Source: an uncultured delta proteobacterium
GTDB taxonomy: Bacteria; Desulfobacterota; Desulfobacteria; Desulfobacterales; JAHEIW01
Reading direction: 5' to 3'
Assembly (NCBI GenBank): GCA_963706575.1
Contig: CAVPNL010000008.1
Span: 295,987-359,986 of the forward strand
DNA: 64,000 nucleotides
How positions within the stretch are numbered: the first letter of the stretch is position 1; each line of letters begins with the position of its first letter. Made by a program: the position numbers and the translations under genes. The notes below the pieces were generated by a model, which was not told the origin of the DNA, did no database searches, and saw only the letters and a list, made by a program, of their open reading frames with translations. Below, piece by piece: positions 9,879 to 20,481 of the stretch.

Positions 9879-10736
9879 TCAAATTACCCCGCGGTAATAA
9901 GCCAGACGTCGGGCAATAGGCTTGAACGCACTAAATAAATAATGTCTGTCCTTTTCGGCCAACGGCTTGGTCATGCGGCCGGTCTTCGCTAGAGTTTCCA
10001 CCTCGGCAGGTGTAGAACACCCCACAATTGCCACATCAATATCCAAAGAAAGCGCATAGCGAATCAGCGCCGCAGCTGTGATTCGGGTCTGGGGTAAAAT
10101 AAAATGGGCGGCACCTAATACTTTCATTCCGATAACCGCCACTCTTTTCTTTCTAGCTGCCGGCAGCGTATCGGTTAAAAACCCGCCTAAAATTTCCTCA
10201 ACCGGATTTACCGGCAGCATTACCGCATCTACCGGCCATTCACGGACGGCCTGGGTCAGAATTCGGGGATCGTGGTGTCCGGTGACACCGATAAAACGGA
10301 CCCTGCCGGCCGCTTTGGCTTCAACAAATGCTTCCAAAGCACCGCCGGGGCCGGCGATCATTTCGATGTCCTGTGGCGTGCGCACATCATGAATTTGCCA
10401 CAAATCTAGATATTCGGTTTGCAGCCTTTCAAGAGATTGCTGCAGGTCAATAACCGCTGAAGCCTTGTCGCGGCTGGGCGATTTACTGGCCTGAAACACC
10501 TTTGCGCGAAGTTCCGGCTGTTCCTTCCAAATATAGCCGTAATACAACTCGCTGTCGGCATAAACCCGTGCCGAGTCAAAATAATTTATGCCCTGCGCAA
10601 TGGCCGCCTGTATGACCTCGCGGGCTTCACGGTTGCGGCCGTGGGTTCGCAGAACACCTTCACCTCCCAGACCGGTTCGGGTGACGTTTTGATGGGTGCT
10701 TCCGAAAATACGGGTTTGCAACGGCTTTTGATTCAC
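9879..10736 (-). CDS. Aldo/keto reductase
   Basis: GINYFDSARVY, YLDLWQIH, RFIGVTGH; start refined to GTG 10736 to avoid overlap with agmatinase. Confidence 0.88.
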   Translation of the reverse strand: MNQKPLQTRIFGSTHQNVTRTGLGGEGVLRTHGRNREAREVIQAAIAQGINYFDSARVYADSELYYGYIWKEQPELRAKVFQASKSPSRDKASAVIDLQQSLERLQTEYLDLWQIHDVRTPQDIEMIAGPGGALEAFVEAKAAGRVRFIGVTGHHDPRILTQAVREWPVDAVMLPVNPVEEILGGFLTDTLPAARKKRVAVIGMKVLGAAHFILPQTRITAAALIRYALSLDIDVAIVGCSTPAEVETLAKTGRMTKPLAEKDRHYLFSAFKPIARRLAYYRGVI

Positions 10737-10752
10737 AGAGGCGTCCTTTTGT

Positions 10753-11598
10753 TCATCCCGGATCAAGCGGCAATTCGAGCATCCGGGCGGCAACTTCTTT
10801 GAGGATTTTGGCAGCAACCATGGCGGTGATTTCTTGTGGATCCCGTTTGGGGTTAAATTCAACGATGTCGGCGCCGGCAATCGGAACCGGCAGTCCCTGA
10901 ATGAGATCAATTACCTGGCGAGTCGACATGCCGCCGGGTTCATAATGGGAGACACCGGGAGCAAATGCGGGATCCAGTACATCCAAATCAATTGACAGGT
11001 ACAGCGGATTTTCCCATTGGATGGCGCTGGCCTTGTGCAAATTTTGCATGTCGATAATTTCAACCCCGAATCGCTGGGCCTGTTTTTTTTGATGTGGATT
11101 GAGGGTTCGAATACCGATTTGAACCAATCGCGACGCTAATTTTTCTTCCATGATGCGGGCAAAGGGGCAGGCATTTGAATAGCGGTTGCAGTCGTAACTG
11201 TCATAGAGGTCCGGGTGGGCGTCCAGATGAAGGATGTCGAGCTTGGCAAACCGGGTGCTGTGTGATTTCAGAACAGGGTAAGTGATGGCATGGTCTCCGC
11301 CTAACGATATGATGCGCACGCCATGGCTTAACAATTCGTCGATGCTTTTTTCAATTTTTTCGATGATCGCAGGCGCACCGGCGATGTCTAAATCCCCAAG
11401 ATCAACAAAATTCGTGTGCGTGTCGAGATCGATGCCGGACTCCGCGCATAGATTCATTGATCCTGAATTCCAGGCTTTACGAATTTTTGCAGGGGCCAGG
11501 GCTGGGCCCTGCATGAATGAAGAATTGGCATCGGAAGGAATACCGACAACCGTGACCATGCCGGATTGCAAGTTTTCAAAGCGCCTGATCACTCTCAT
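10753..11598 (-). CDS. speB: Agmatinase / ureohydrolase family
   Basis: GGDHAIT, LDAHPD, SIDLDVLDPAFAPG; ATG 11598 overlaps the upstream stop (ATGA). Confidence 0.82.
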   Translation of the reverse strand: MRVIRRFENLQSGMVTVVGIPSDANSSFMQGPALAPAKIRKAWNSGSMNLCAESGIDLDTHTNFVDLGDLDIAGAPAIIEKIEKSIDELLSHGVRIISLGGDHAITYPVLKSHSTRFAKLDILHLDAHPDLYDSYDCNRYSNACPFARIMEEKLASRLVQIGIRTLNPHQKKQAQRFGVEIIDMQNLHKASAIQWENPLYLSIDLDVLDPAFAPGVSHYEPGGMSTRQVIDLIQGLPVPIAGADIVEFNPKRDPQEITAMVAAKILKEVAARMLELPLDPG

Positions 11599-12095
11599 TG
11601 TTCTAAAAACCGTACCGGTAGTACCCGACACCCTTTATTGTCATGTAAGTCAATGGTAAACGCGCTTCCGATATTGAAGTTAAATGCCAGTGGTAATCCG
11701 AGTGCGCTATCTGAAGTCCAGATAAGGATGCAGCTGAGTCGGATCTGAGGGACGATTTTCACCGGATGTCCGCAATCGGTTTTGTATCCTTCATACTTCG
11801 CATCTTCCACGAAAAGGCTTTGCAGCTCGGAAACCGTCGGCAGGCGCCAGTTTTCGTACAGCTGTGGTATATTATCCGTGAAATCATTTTCAAGCCAGCC
11901 TTGAATCTGGTTCCAGAAAATATCCGCCTGATTATCGTTTTTGGCCCACATGAGCCCGAGTTTGCGGTCCGTAACCGTGCCGTTGCCATGGTCGATGAAG
12001 CGCTGCTCTGCCAGGACGAAATCATGGCTGCCCGCCATCGCTATCAGGGCAACAATGCAAAAACCAGCCAGTTTTCTGAAAAATTGCTTCATCAT
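11595..12095 (-). CDS. Secreted DUF1566 (Lcl C-terminal-like) domain protein
   Basis: Signal peptide; DHGNGTVTDRKLGLMW and WRLPTVSEL motifs. Confidence 0.85.
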   Translation of the reverse strand: MMKQFFRKLAGFCIVALIAMAGSHDFVLAEQRFIDHGNGTVTDRKLGLMWAKNDNQADIFWNQIQGWLENDFTDNIPQLYENWRLPTVSELQSLFVEDAKYEGYKTDCGHPVKIVPQIRLSCILIWTSDSALGLPLAFNFNIGSAFTIDLHDNKGCRVLPVRFLEQ

Positions 12096-12323
12096 ACGAT
12101 TTAAGGACGATTTTACGTGAAGAAATAGGTTCTTAAAAAAATGATCGGTGTTGTCGGGTTACCGGCTCCTTGAAGATTATTAAAGAAGCCCTTACGTGTC
12201 AACCCGTATAGCCTTGAAAACCCTATCACAGAATCAGGTTCTAGTTTTGCAGCCCCGCGTGAATACCTTCTGTTGATTGAGGCAAATGATGATTGGATGT
12301 AGTTGCTCGCAGTCAATGACGGT

Positions 12324-13172
12324 TTAGCGGGCACCGGACAGGAAACCGTATTTTTTGTAAATCTGCTGGCCCTTTTCAGAAAGAATGAAATCCAAAAAAT
12401 TTTGTGCGCTTTGCGGGTGCGGAGCATTCCGTAAGCGGCAAATATAATAATCGATGCTTTCGCGTTGATCCAGGTCGGCACCGGGCTCGATCACATCGAA
12501 TGCCAGATTGTTTGACTGAGCATGTACCGCTTCAGTTGCCCAGACAGGCCCGACATCCACGGTCCTTTTTGCAATACGCAACGGCGTTTCCCGGTGGTGG
12601 ACAATGGTAAAAATCGTTGTACCTTCCGCCCGCTTTTTTTCCATGATGCGATCCAGCAGTTCGTCCCCGCCGGCCTGGCGGTACATATCCATAATGTGAT
12701 AGGCAATATCTTCGTTTTGAGGGTCCGGCTGTGAGATGCGGACATCACCCCGCGCCAGATCGCTCACCGATGTTATTTGGGCCGGATTGCCCCGGGGAAC
12801 CATCAAGGTTAACCGGTTATGCAGATACCGGTGATAACCGCTTTGACCGATATGCCCCTCCTTTTCAAGAAGTTGCATGGCCGCCCGATTAACGGAGCTG
12901 TATACATCCGGATAAATATTAAAGGCCTTATTCTGAAATATGGCGCCTTCTGCCAAAATTTGCTTGAGTTCCAGGCCCGGCGGAAGTGTTTCATAAAATA
13001 TGTTTTTTACTTCCGGATATTGGGTTTTAAATTCCGCTACGATTTCCTTCATGGCCATAAACTGATTGCCGGCCATGAACAGAACCAGGTCGGCCTTGTC
13101 GGCGATTTCCAGGCCATGAAGATCATCGGTTCGATTGGATGGGATAACGGGCGGATCGTTTTTGTTCATCAA
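12324..13172 (-). CDS. Molybdate/tungstate-type (ModA-like) substrate-binding domain protein, no obvious signal peptide
   Basis: LFMAGNQF, ETLPPG, VPRGNP, HHRETP, F..FILSEKGQQIYKKYGF. Confidence 0.75.
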   Translation of the reverse strand: MMNKNDPPVIPSNRTDDLHGLEIADKADLVLFMAGNQFMAMKEIVAEFKTQYPEVKNIFYETLPPGLELKQILAEGAIFQNKAFNIYPDVYSSVNRAAMQLLEKEGHIGQSGYHRYLHNRLTLMVPRGNPAQITSVSDLARGDVRISQPDPQNEDIAYHIMDMYRQAGGDELLDRIMEKKRAEGTTIFTIVHHRETPLRIAKRTVDVGPVWATEAVHAQSNNLAFDVIEPGADLDQRESIDYYICRLRNAPHPQSAQNFLDFILSEKGQQIYKKYGFLSGAR

Positions 13173-13207
13173 CTAGATCCTTTATTTGATATTCACCTGT
13201 TGTTATG

Positions 13208-13375
13208 TGGGTGTCAGTGTTCAGGTGTCGGGTGCCAGTCTTCTGGTTCAAAAGCTAACAGCAATAGTTTGATTTGTTTCATTAGTTTCATTGGTTGAAT
13301 TGGTTGGTTTAAACCGAACCAATTGAACAAATTAAACCAATCAAACCAATAAAACAGATCCGCCCCCTGAAACCT
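13208..13375. repeat. Nested intergenic palindrome of 7- and 9-nt units
   Basis: GTGTCAG units; TTGGTTGAA vs TTAAACCAA units. Confidence 0.7.
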
Positions 13376-13396
13376 TAATTATAGAACTTTGTTGTA

Positions 13397-14617
13397 TTAA
13401 GTCTTTAACTTAGATTTAACGACTATTTCCGAATGCAACGTCCGATGAACCGGACAGCGGTCGGCAATTTGCAAGAGACGCTGTTTTTGCTGATTATCAA
13501 GTTTGCCGCTTAAATCGATTTCACAATCAAATTGATCCAGCTGACCCTCCTTGGTTTTACAGGTCTCACAATCAGCAGCGTTAATTTTTTTATGATTTAA
13601 TCTTACCGTAACCCCTTCCAGCGGCCATTGCTTGCGGTCGGAATACATACGCAGGGTCATGGCTTTGCAGGTTCCCAAGCCGGCCATCAATAAATCAAAA
13701 GGTGCCGGTCCCTTATCGGTTCCGCCCATCGAGACGGGCTCATCCGCCACCAGTCCATGGCCAGCTGCCATAATATCGGTAACATATCCGGATTTTCCAA
13801 TTCGAGCGATGACCTGGTTTTCGTCACTGTCCGTTCTGGGCTCCTCTTTAAAAGAGGCGCTGACGTATTTACCTGCCCATGCGGCAATTACCGAACCGGC
13901 GTAGAGGGAATCCTCAGAATTTGTCAGCAGATGGTCGGCTGTATCAAGAGAAATAAAGCTTTTAGGGTGCCGGGCCGCCTGAAAGATTCGAGCGGCGTTT
14001 TCAATTCCGACTGTTTCATCTATCGGTGAGTGCAAAACCAGCAGGGCTCTGTCTAAATTTTTAAGGGTGTCTGCCATGTTGACAAAATCCAGATCGTCAA
14101 GAAATTGCTTTTTTAGCGTAAATGTTCTGCCGGCCAGGGTAACATCCGCCTGGCCCCGCTTTTGAATACTTGTGGCTGCGCTGCCGAGGGCGCGGGTTAC
14201 GTGCTGCGGGTCAGATGGTGCGGCAATGGTGACCACGGCTTTTGAAGATGGGATTCGGCCGGCAGCCTGGAGCACAGCGGCTCCCCCGAATGAATGGCCG
14301 ATTAATATTTCGGGGGCCTGGTAATTGGATTTCAAAAAATCCGCCGCCACGATCAGGTCATCAACATTTGAAGAAAAATTGGTATCGGCAAAATCACCTT
14401 CGCTTTCACCTAAACCCGTAAAATCAAAACGCAGCACCGCCAGGCCTTCACGGGTTAACGCCCGGCTGATATGGGCAATGGCTTTTATGTTTTTGGAACA
14501 GGTAAAACAGTGGGCAAATAATGCATAGGCCACCGGTTTGCTGTCCAGCGGAAAGTCCAATCTGGCCGAAAGTGTTTGACCGTCTTTGTTTTTGAATTCA
14601 AGATTTTTAAATTGCAT
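13397..14617 (-). CDS. Bifunctional alpha/beta hydrolase / OsmC family protein
   Basis: AHCFTCSK, GHSFGG, then ADEP..GG.D.GPAP, GLGTC, RCPVH. Confidence 0.92.
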   Translation of the reverse strand: MQFKNLEFKNKDGQTLSARLDFPLDSKPVAYALFAHCFTCSKNIKAIAHISRALTREGLAVLRFDFTGLGESEGDFADTNFSSNVDDLIVAADFLKSNYQAPEILIGHSFGGAAVLQAAGRIPSSKAVVTIAAPSDPQHVTRALGSAATSIQKRGQADVTLAGRTFTLKKQFLDDLDFVNMADTLKNLDRALLVLHSPIDETVGIENAARIFQAARHPKSFISLDTADHLLTNSEDSLYAGSVIAAWAGKYVSASFKEEPRTDSDENQVIARIGKSGYVTDIMAAGHGLVADEPVSMGGTDKGPAPFDLLMAGLGTCKAMTLRMYSDRKQWPLEGVTVRLNHKKINAADCETCKTKEGQLDQFDCEIDLSGKLDNQQKQRLLQIADRCPVHRTLHSEIVVKSKLKT

Positions 14618-14635
14618 AACCGATCCCTTTTAAGG

Positions 14636-14736
14636 TTTAGCCACGGACGCACACAGACATACACGGACATTTTTTTGAGTCAAATATGTTGCTCGATCAA
14701 AATTTTTGTGTGAGTCCGTGTGGGTCTGTGGCTAAA
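14636..14736. repeat. Inverted-repeat element TTTAGCCACGGAC...GTCTGTGGCTAAA; related left arm at 27399-27464
   Basis: Arms built from ACACGGAC/ACACAGAC units. Confidence 0.75.
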
Positions 14737-15489
14737 TTATTTTTGTTTCGCGGGCTCATAATCCACAATGGCCGGTGGTTGCAGGTTCGGGTTTTCAAGC
14801 ATCTGCAAGGCCGCTGAGATGACTGCCTGCTGGTGTCCGATGTCATCGGGTATACCCAGCGGGTACCCGTGGCGGAAAGGGACGGACAGCGCGCGCGGGG
14901 GTCGCACCTTCTCGGCTACGCTGCGCAACAACTGAATTGCCACGGTAGAGATCCCCTGGCGTTCCAGTTCCGCTGCGACCAGGCCCACGGTCTGGTTGCA
15001 TATCGGTCAGACAGGCACCAGCAGGGCAATATCGACACCATCTTCAACCAGTTTGCGCACCGCTGGCGGCGCGGATTTTTTTATCAGGCGCCCGGGGGCT
15101 GTAATGGATCCCATGAAGGACAGATGCCGTCGATTTAACGAACCGATGCGCCCGCTTCTGACCAGTTCCCGTAAACGATCCAGGGGGAATGCCAGATTGG
15201 GGTCCTGCCGGAGCCCGGAGTGATCATAAAGATCGCTGCGGTGCGTATCCGTCAGGGTGAAGACATCGGTGTCGGCAGGGATTTCACGGAAGCTGAAGTC
15301 ACCGCCGCGAATCGAATCGTCAAACGGCTCCTGACCGGGCCCGACGAGCCCCGCGCTGGAGATAACGGCAGCCCGACTGTTCTTTAACGGTTTTTTTAAA
15401 GGTGCCCATGGCACCGGATCGATGCGGCGCCACGGGTAGGCTTTCAGGAACAGTTTATATTTTAACGGAAATTCACTCAGGTCACCCAA
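14737..15489 (-). CDS. Selenoprotein, PrdB/GrdB-like (glycine/betaine/proline reductase selenoprotein B family), 250 aa with Sec in a UPIC motif
   Basis: ORFs 15007-15489 and 14737-14988 are in frame across one TGA (15009-15007): ALLVPV-U-PICNQTVGLVAAELERQGISTV; hairpin follows the UGA. Confidence 0.85.
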
Positions 15490-15711
15490 GATATTCTCCT
15501 GTGATTCAATTTGGACCTGTTAGTGCCGGTACGTCCCCACTTGTTTGCTGCGAAGCTATCTCGGAAACCCATACAGGTTGGCCGGTTAAGCGCGTTGTTC
15601 CGTTAAGCCAGTTGAGCCAGTTAAAAAAAAGAAAAATGTCTGGTTCCATTTTTTAATCCGCCTGTGGCGGACTAACGGGCAACAGAACAGGGCGCCCGAC
15701 GAATAATCATT

Positions 15712-17304
15712 TTAGAGGTATTCTCGCTTTCCCATTTCTGCCAGCTTGAACTTTTGAATTTTGCCGCTTCCGGTCATGGGAAACTCGGAGGCGACTTTAT
15801 AATGCCTTGGCCATTTCTCTTCAGGCAGGTGCTTTTTAACATGTTGGGCGATGCGATCCAATGACAGTTCGGCGTCGGCCTTCAATTTTACCCAGGCGGC
15901 CACTTCCTGTCCTTTTTGAGGGTGGGGGAAGCCAAAGACCTGGACCTCCGAGATCTCGGGCAGCTGATAAATAATTTCTTCAATCTCCACGGGATAGATG
16001 TCCACACCGTCGCGAACGATCACATCTTTGAGCCGTCCGGTTATCCTGACATAACCTTTTTCATCCATTTCACCTAAATCACCTGTGTGGAACCACTCTT
16101 CTTTATCAACTGCAGCGGCAGTGGCAGCCGGCATTTTATAATATTCTTTCATTAAAAACCCCCGGGTGCACAATTCGCCCTGTTGATTGGGTGCCAATGG
16201 TTCACCGCTGCCGGGATCGACGATTTTTACATCATTGCAGGGCAGCGCGGTGCCGATGGTGGATACCCGTAATTCGATGGGGTCATCCGGATGGGTCATG
16301 GAAATCCATGAAGAAGTTTCGGTAATGCCGTAGGCCACTGTTATATCGGAAACCCCGATGTCTTCAACGATGCGTCTCATCAGCTCAATGGGGCAGGGTG
16401 CACCGCCGATGATTCCCTTGGACACTGTTTTCCAGTCTTCTTTTTGAAACTGGGGGTGATCGATAAGGGCAATCAGCATGCTGGGCGAACCATAAACCGC
16501 CGTGCATTTTTCCTGCGCGATGGCTCGCAAAACCTTTGGTGGATCAAAGGTCTCAGAGGGCATGATCAGCGCCGCCCCCCTCAAAAGCCCTGCCAATGCG
16601 ATACAGGTGTTGCCCATCATATGAAAAAGGGGAAAAAAAAGGCACAATCGATCTTCGGCGGTAATGCCCTGACGTTCGGTGCCAACCATGGATTTGTTAA
16701 CCAACCCTAAATGATCCAACACCACCCCCTTGGGTTGACCGGTGGTGCCCGACGTATACATAATCGCCATGGGATCTGTTGCCTGAACGGCCTGGGCCTT
16801 TTCAGCAAGCGCCTGATCGCTAACCCCGGCAGCCAGCTCTAAGAAATCGTGCCAGGGCGTCATTTCTTCAGCGGATGCGTCACCCAGTACAATTATAAAC
16901 TGCAAAGCGTGGATCTGCTTCTTTGCGGCCAGCGCCATTTCATCGAATTTTATGTTTCCTGAAGCGCCGGAGATAATTAATCCGCGGCATTCAGACTGCG
17001 TCAGGATGAAGTGAAGATTTTCGGTGGTGGCGTTTGGATCAATCGGCACCGTGATGGCGCCTATTTTGGTGAGCCCCAGAAAAGATAGGAGCCATTCGGG
17101 AGAGTTGTGTGCCCAGAGGCCCACTTTATCGCCGGCACTAATGCCTTTTTTTATGAAACCGCGCGCGCTGAGGTCAATTTCCCGGGAAAAGTCCTTGAAA
17201 TTGTAACGCATGCCCCTTTCAGTATGGACTATCGCATCCTGTTGTGGATATGCGGCTGCAATCTCCTCCAGGAATGCGCTGATGGTCTTATGGATTACCT
17301 GCAT
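15712..17304 (-). CDS. AMP-dependent acyl-CoA synthetase
   Basis: YTSGTTGQPKG, AYGITETS, HTGDLG, PMTGSGKIQK. Confidence 0.93.
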   Translation of the reverse strand: MQVIHKTISAFLEEIAAAYPQQDAIVHTERGMRYNFKDFSREIDLSARGFIKKGISAGDKVGLWAHNSPEWLLSFLGLTKIGAITVPIDPNATTENLHFILTQSECRGLIISGASGNIKFDEMALAAKKQIHALQFIIVLGDASAEEMTPWHDFLELAAGVSDQALAEKAQAVQATDPMAIMYTSGTTGQPKGVVLDHLGLVNKSMVGTERQGITAEDRLCLFFPLFHMMGNTCIALAGLLRGAALIMPSETFDPPKVLRAIAQEKCTAVYGSPSMLIALIDHPQFQKEDWKTVSKGIIGGAPCPIELMRRIVEDIGVSDITVAYGITETSSWISMTHPDDPIELRVSTIGTALPCNDVKIVDPGSGEPLAPNQQGELCTRGFLMKEYYKMPAATAAAVDKEEWFHTGDLGEMDEKGYVRITGRLKDVIVRDGVDIYPVEIEEIIYQLPEISEVQVFGFPHPQKGQEVAAWVKLKADAELSLDRIAQHVKKHLPEEKWPRHYKVASEFPMTGSGKIQKFKLAEMGKREYL

Positions 17305-17577
17305 GTTCCCATCTCCCTTCAAATAATTGTATTGCTATTCACCACCGGGTTAGCATTAAACTACCCGCTTAAGCGGGATTTTCTAGAAAATTTACTATAG
17401 AGTAAATCAAAAATTGAGTCCAGTTTAAAGTCCGGATTCAACCCAAGGCACCGGAATTTGCCATATCATTTGCTTTAACGTTGTAAAACGGCTACCCATT
17501 TATCCGTTATCTTCACAAGAAGATTGGGACCGTATTTTCAGGTGGTTTCGCTGAATTGCATTCATTAACTTGATGGC

Positions 17578-17606
17578 TTGACAATTAAAAACCCATTCTT
17601 TATAGT
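17578..17606 (+). promoter_or_regulatory. Sigma70 promoter of the ABC operon
   Basis: TTGACA, 17 nt spacer, TATAGT, upstream of 17666. Confidence 0.7.
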
Positions 17607-17665
17607 CACCAGGTTAGCCCAGGAGTCTGGCAGTAAACAAAGCCATACACGAGGTTGAATTCCTA

Positions 17666-18460
17666 TTGAGCAATGAAGCGATCATAGATGTTGAAAATGT
17701 GTCCTTGGCCTTTGGCGGTGTGCAGGCTCTGTATAACGTCAGCACGCATTTATTGCCGGGCGAAATATTTGCCATCATCGGACCCAACGGCGCCGGCAAA
17801 ACCTGTCTGCTAAACTGTATCAGCCGATTTTACACTCCCCGGGAAGGCGAAATACGCTTCAAGGGCAAAGACATCACCCATGTTCCTACCCACAATATCG
17901 CCCAGTTGGGCATAGCACGCACCTTTCAAAATATCGAGCTCTTCAAAGGGATGACGGTTCTGGACAATATCAAGCTGGGACGTCATGTCTTTTTAAAATC
18001 GGGCATTCTATCCGATATGCTTTACTGGGGAAGGACCCAGCGGGAGGAATTAAAGCTGCGCCAGGAAATCGAGGAAAAGATTATCGATCTTTTAGAGATC
18101 CAGACCATTCGTAAACAAGTTGTCGGTACCCTGCCGTATGGGCTTCAAAAACGGGTTGAACTTGCCAGGGCGCTTGCCATGCAGCCCGAAGTCCTTTTAT
18201 TGGACGAACCCATGGCCGGTATGAATCTTGAAGAAACCGAAGATATGGCGCGTTTTATTATCAATGTGAACACCATGTGGGATGTCTCCATCATCCTGGT
18301 CGAACACGATATGGGGGTTGTTATGGATATTTCTGACCGCGTGTGTGTTCTCGAGTTCGGCCAGAAAATTGCCGAAGGATCGCCCCAGGAAATCCAGGAA
18401 AATCCCCAGGTCATCCGCGCCTACCTTGGAGAAGATGAAAAAGCCTATTCACGGCTCTAG
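17666..18460 (+). CDS. Branched-chain amino acid-type ABC transporter ATP-binding protein (LivG-like)
   Basis: GPNGAGKT, ARTFQN, LPYGLQKRVELARAL, LLLDEP. Confidence 0.92.
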   Translation: MSNEAIIDVENVSLAFGGVQALYNVSTHLLPGEIFAIIGPNGAGKTCLLNCISRFYTPREGEIRFKGKDITHVPTHNIAQLGIARTFQNIELFKGMTVLDNIKLGRHVFLKSGILSDMLYWGRTQREELKLRQEIEEKIIDLLEIQTIRKQVVGTLPYGLQKRVELARALAMQPEVLLLDEPMAGMNLEETEDMARFIINVNTMWDVSIILVEHDMGVVMDISDRVCVLEFGQKIAEGSPQEIQENPQVIRAYLGEDEKAYSRL

Positions 18461-18476
18461 CCTTTAACGGATTGAT

Positions 18477-20480
18477 ATGAATTCTGATCAAACAACCGCC
18501 ATAAAAAACGCCCAGAGCCTGCCCGCTTTGCTGGTCAGAAACGCAGAGCGGTTTGGCGATCGCCGTATCGCGCTGCGCGAAAAAGAATTCGGTATCTGGC
18601 AGTCGGTTACCTGGCGGCAGTATCTGGAACATGTGCGGGATTTCTCCCTGGGATTGATTTCATTGGGTCTTCGCCCGGGGGAAGCGCTGGGAATTATTGG
18701 CGACAATCGTCCGGAATGGGTTTACGCCGAATTGGCCGCCCAGGCAGCAGGGGCCATTCCGTTCGGCATCTTTCAGGATTCCATTTTGAGCGAGGTGGCT
18801 TACATTATTGATCATTCCGAGGCCGCCATGCTGGTGGCTGAAGACCAGGAGCAGGTGGACAAGATTCTGGATCTGAAAGAGAAATTGCCACGCCTTAAAA
18901 AAATTATATATACCGATCCCAAGGGACTATGGGACTATGAAGAAGATTTACTGATAGAGTTTACTCAGATTGAAACACTGGGCCGGGAATTGCACCAGCA
19001 AGAGCCCGATTTGTTTGATAAAAACGTACGTGACATCAAAGACAGCGATCTGGCGATCGTCTGCTACACCTCGGGGACCACCGGCAATCCCAAAGGCACA
19101 TTATTGACCCATGCCAATATCCTCAGCATGGTGGCCTCTTTGAATGAGGCGGATATTAAATCTCCGGAAGATCAGTTTCTTTCGTTTATTCCGCTGCCCT
19201 GGATCGTGGAACAGACCATGAGTGTATTTTCCGCGCTTTACGCCGGTTATACCGTCAACTTCCCGGAAGAACCCGAATCGGCCATGGCTGATTTATATGA
19301 AATTGCACCCAGTCTGGTGGTGGCATCGCCGCGCATGTGGGAAGGTATTTCGCGTCAGGTAATGGTGAAACACCTGGATGCCTCATTTTTCAAAAAGTTT
19401 ATTTACAATTTATGCCTGCCCATTGGATATCGCTGGGCGGAGTTTAAATTTGAAAAAAAGGAGCCTTCGCTGGGCTGGAAAATTATATATTGGCTGGCGT
19501 ATGCCGCCATGTTCAGGGCCTTGCGCGACCGTTTGGGTTTTTCCAGGGTCCGTTCGGCCATGACCGGTGGTGCGGCCCTCGGCCCCGATGTTTTTCGATT
19601 CTTTCATGCCCTGGGTGTCAACCTCAAACAGATCTATGGCCAGACCGAAGTGGCCGGTTATTCAACCATCCACCGCGATGGCGATATCAACTTCGACTCG
19701 GTCGGAATCCCGGTTACTGCCGCCGAAATTTCTATATCCGAGCCGGATCCTGAAGGGGTGGGGGAGGTCATATCGCGGGGCCCCGGTCTGTTTCAGGGAT
19801 ACCTCAAGAATGAAGAAGCCACACAAAGCACCATCATCGGTGGTTGGATGCATACCGGAGATGCCGGGTACTTTACCGACGACGGGCATCTGGTCATCAT
19901 CGATCGCGTCAAGGACCTGATGCATCTGAGCAGCGGGGCCAAGTTTTCACCCATGTTCGTTGAAAATAAGCTCAAGTTTTGCCCGTATATTGTGGAATCG
20001 GTGGTTCTGGGGCACGAGCAGGACTATGTCACTGCCATGATCTGTATCGATTATAAGCATGTGGGCAAATGGGCGGAAGATCATCGCATTAACTACACCA
20101 CCTATTCGGACCTGGCAGGTAAGCCTGAAGTGTATGATCTGATAGAGCGCGAAGTTGTCAGGGTCAACAGCACCCTGCCCGAAAAGGCCAGAATCAATAA
20201 GTTCCTCCTGCTTTACAAAGAATTGGATCCGGATGATGAGGAACTGACCCGTACCAAAAAAATCCGCCGCGGATTCATCAATGAAAAATACGTCAAGGAA
20301 ATCAGCGCCCTTTACAGCGATGCCGGGGAGCTTCCCATCGAGACCGTCATCCGATACCAGGATGGCAAAACGGCCACGCTGCGCACCAACCTGATTATCC
20401 GGAAGATGAAACCGGAAGCGGAATACCAGGATCTTTTGAAACCGAAAGGATTCTGGGCAAGGTTAAAGGGAGGGATGTAG
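18477..20480 (+). CDS. Long-chain fatty acid--CoA ligase embedded in the ABC operon
   Basis: YTSGTTGNPKG, YGQTE, HTGDAG, ELTRTKKIRR. Confidence 0.9.
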   Translation: MNSDQTTAIKNAQSLPALLVRNAERFGDRRIALREKEFGIWQSVTWRQYLEHVRDFSLGLISLGLRPGEALGIIGDNRPEWVYAELAAQAAGAIPFGIFQDSILSEVAYIIDHSEAAMLVAEDQEQVDKILDLKEKLPRLKKIIYTDPKGLWDYEEDLLIEFTQIETLGRELHQQEPDLFDKNVRDIKDSDLAIVCYTSGTTGNPKGTLLTHANILSMVASLNEADIKSPEDQFLSFIPLPWIVEQTMSVFSALYAGYTVNFPEEPESAMADLYEIAPSLVVASPRMWEGISRQVMVKHLDASFFKKFIYNLCLPIGYRWAEFKFEKKEPSLGWKIIYWLAYAAMFRALRDRLGFSRVRSAMTGGAALGPDVFRFFHALGVNLKQIYGQTEVAGYSTIHRDGDINFDSVGIPVTAAEISISEPDPEGVGEVISRGPGLFQGYLKNEEATQSTIIGGWMHTGDAGYFTDDGHLVIIDRVKDLMHLSSGAKFSPMFVENKLKFCPYIVESVVLGHEQDYVTAMICIDYKHVGKWAEDHRINYTTYSDLAGKPEVYDLIEREVVRVNSTLPEKARINKFLLLYKELDPDDEELTRTKKIRRGFINEKYVKEISALYSDAGELPIETVIRYQDGKTATLRTNLIIRKMKPEAEYQDLLKPKGFWARLKGGM

Positions 20481-20481
20481 A

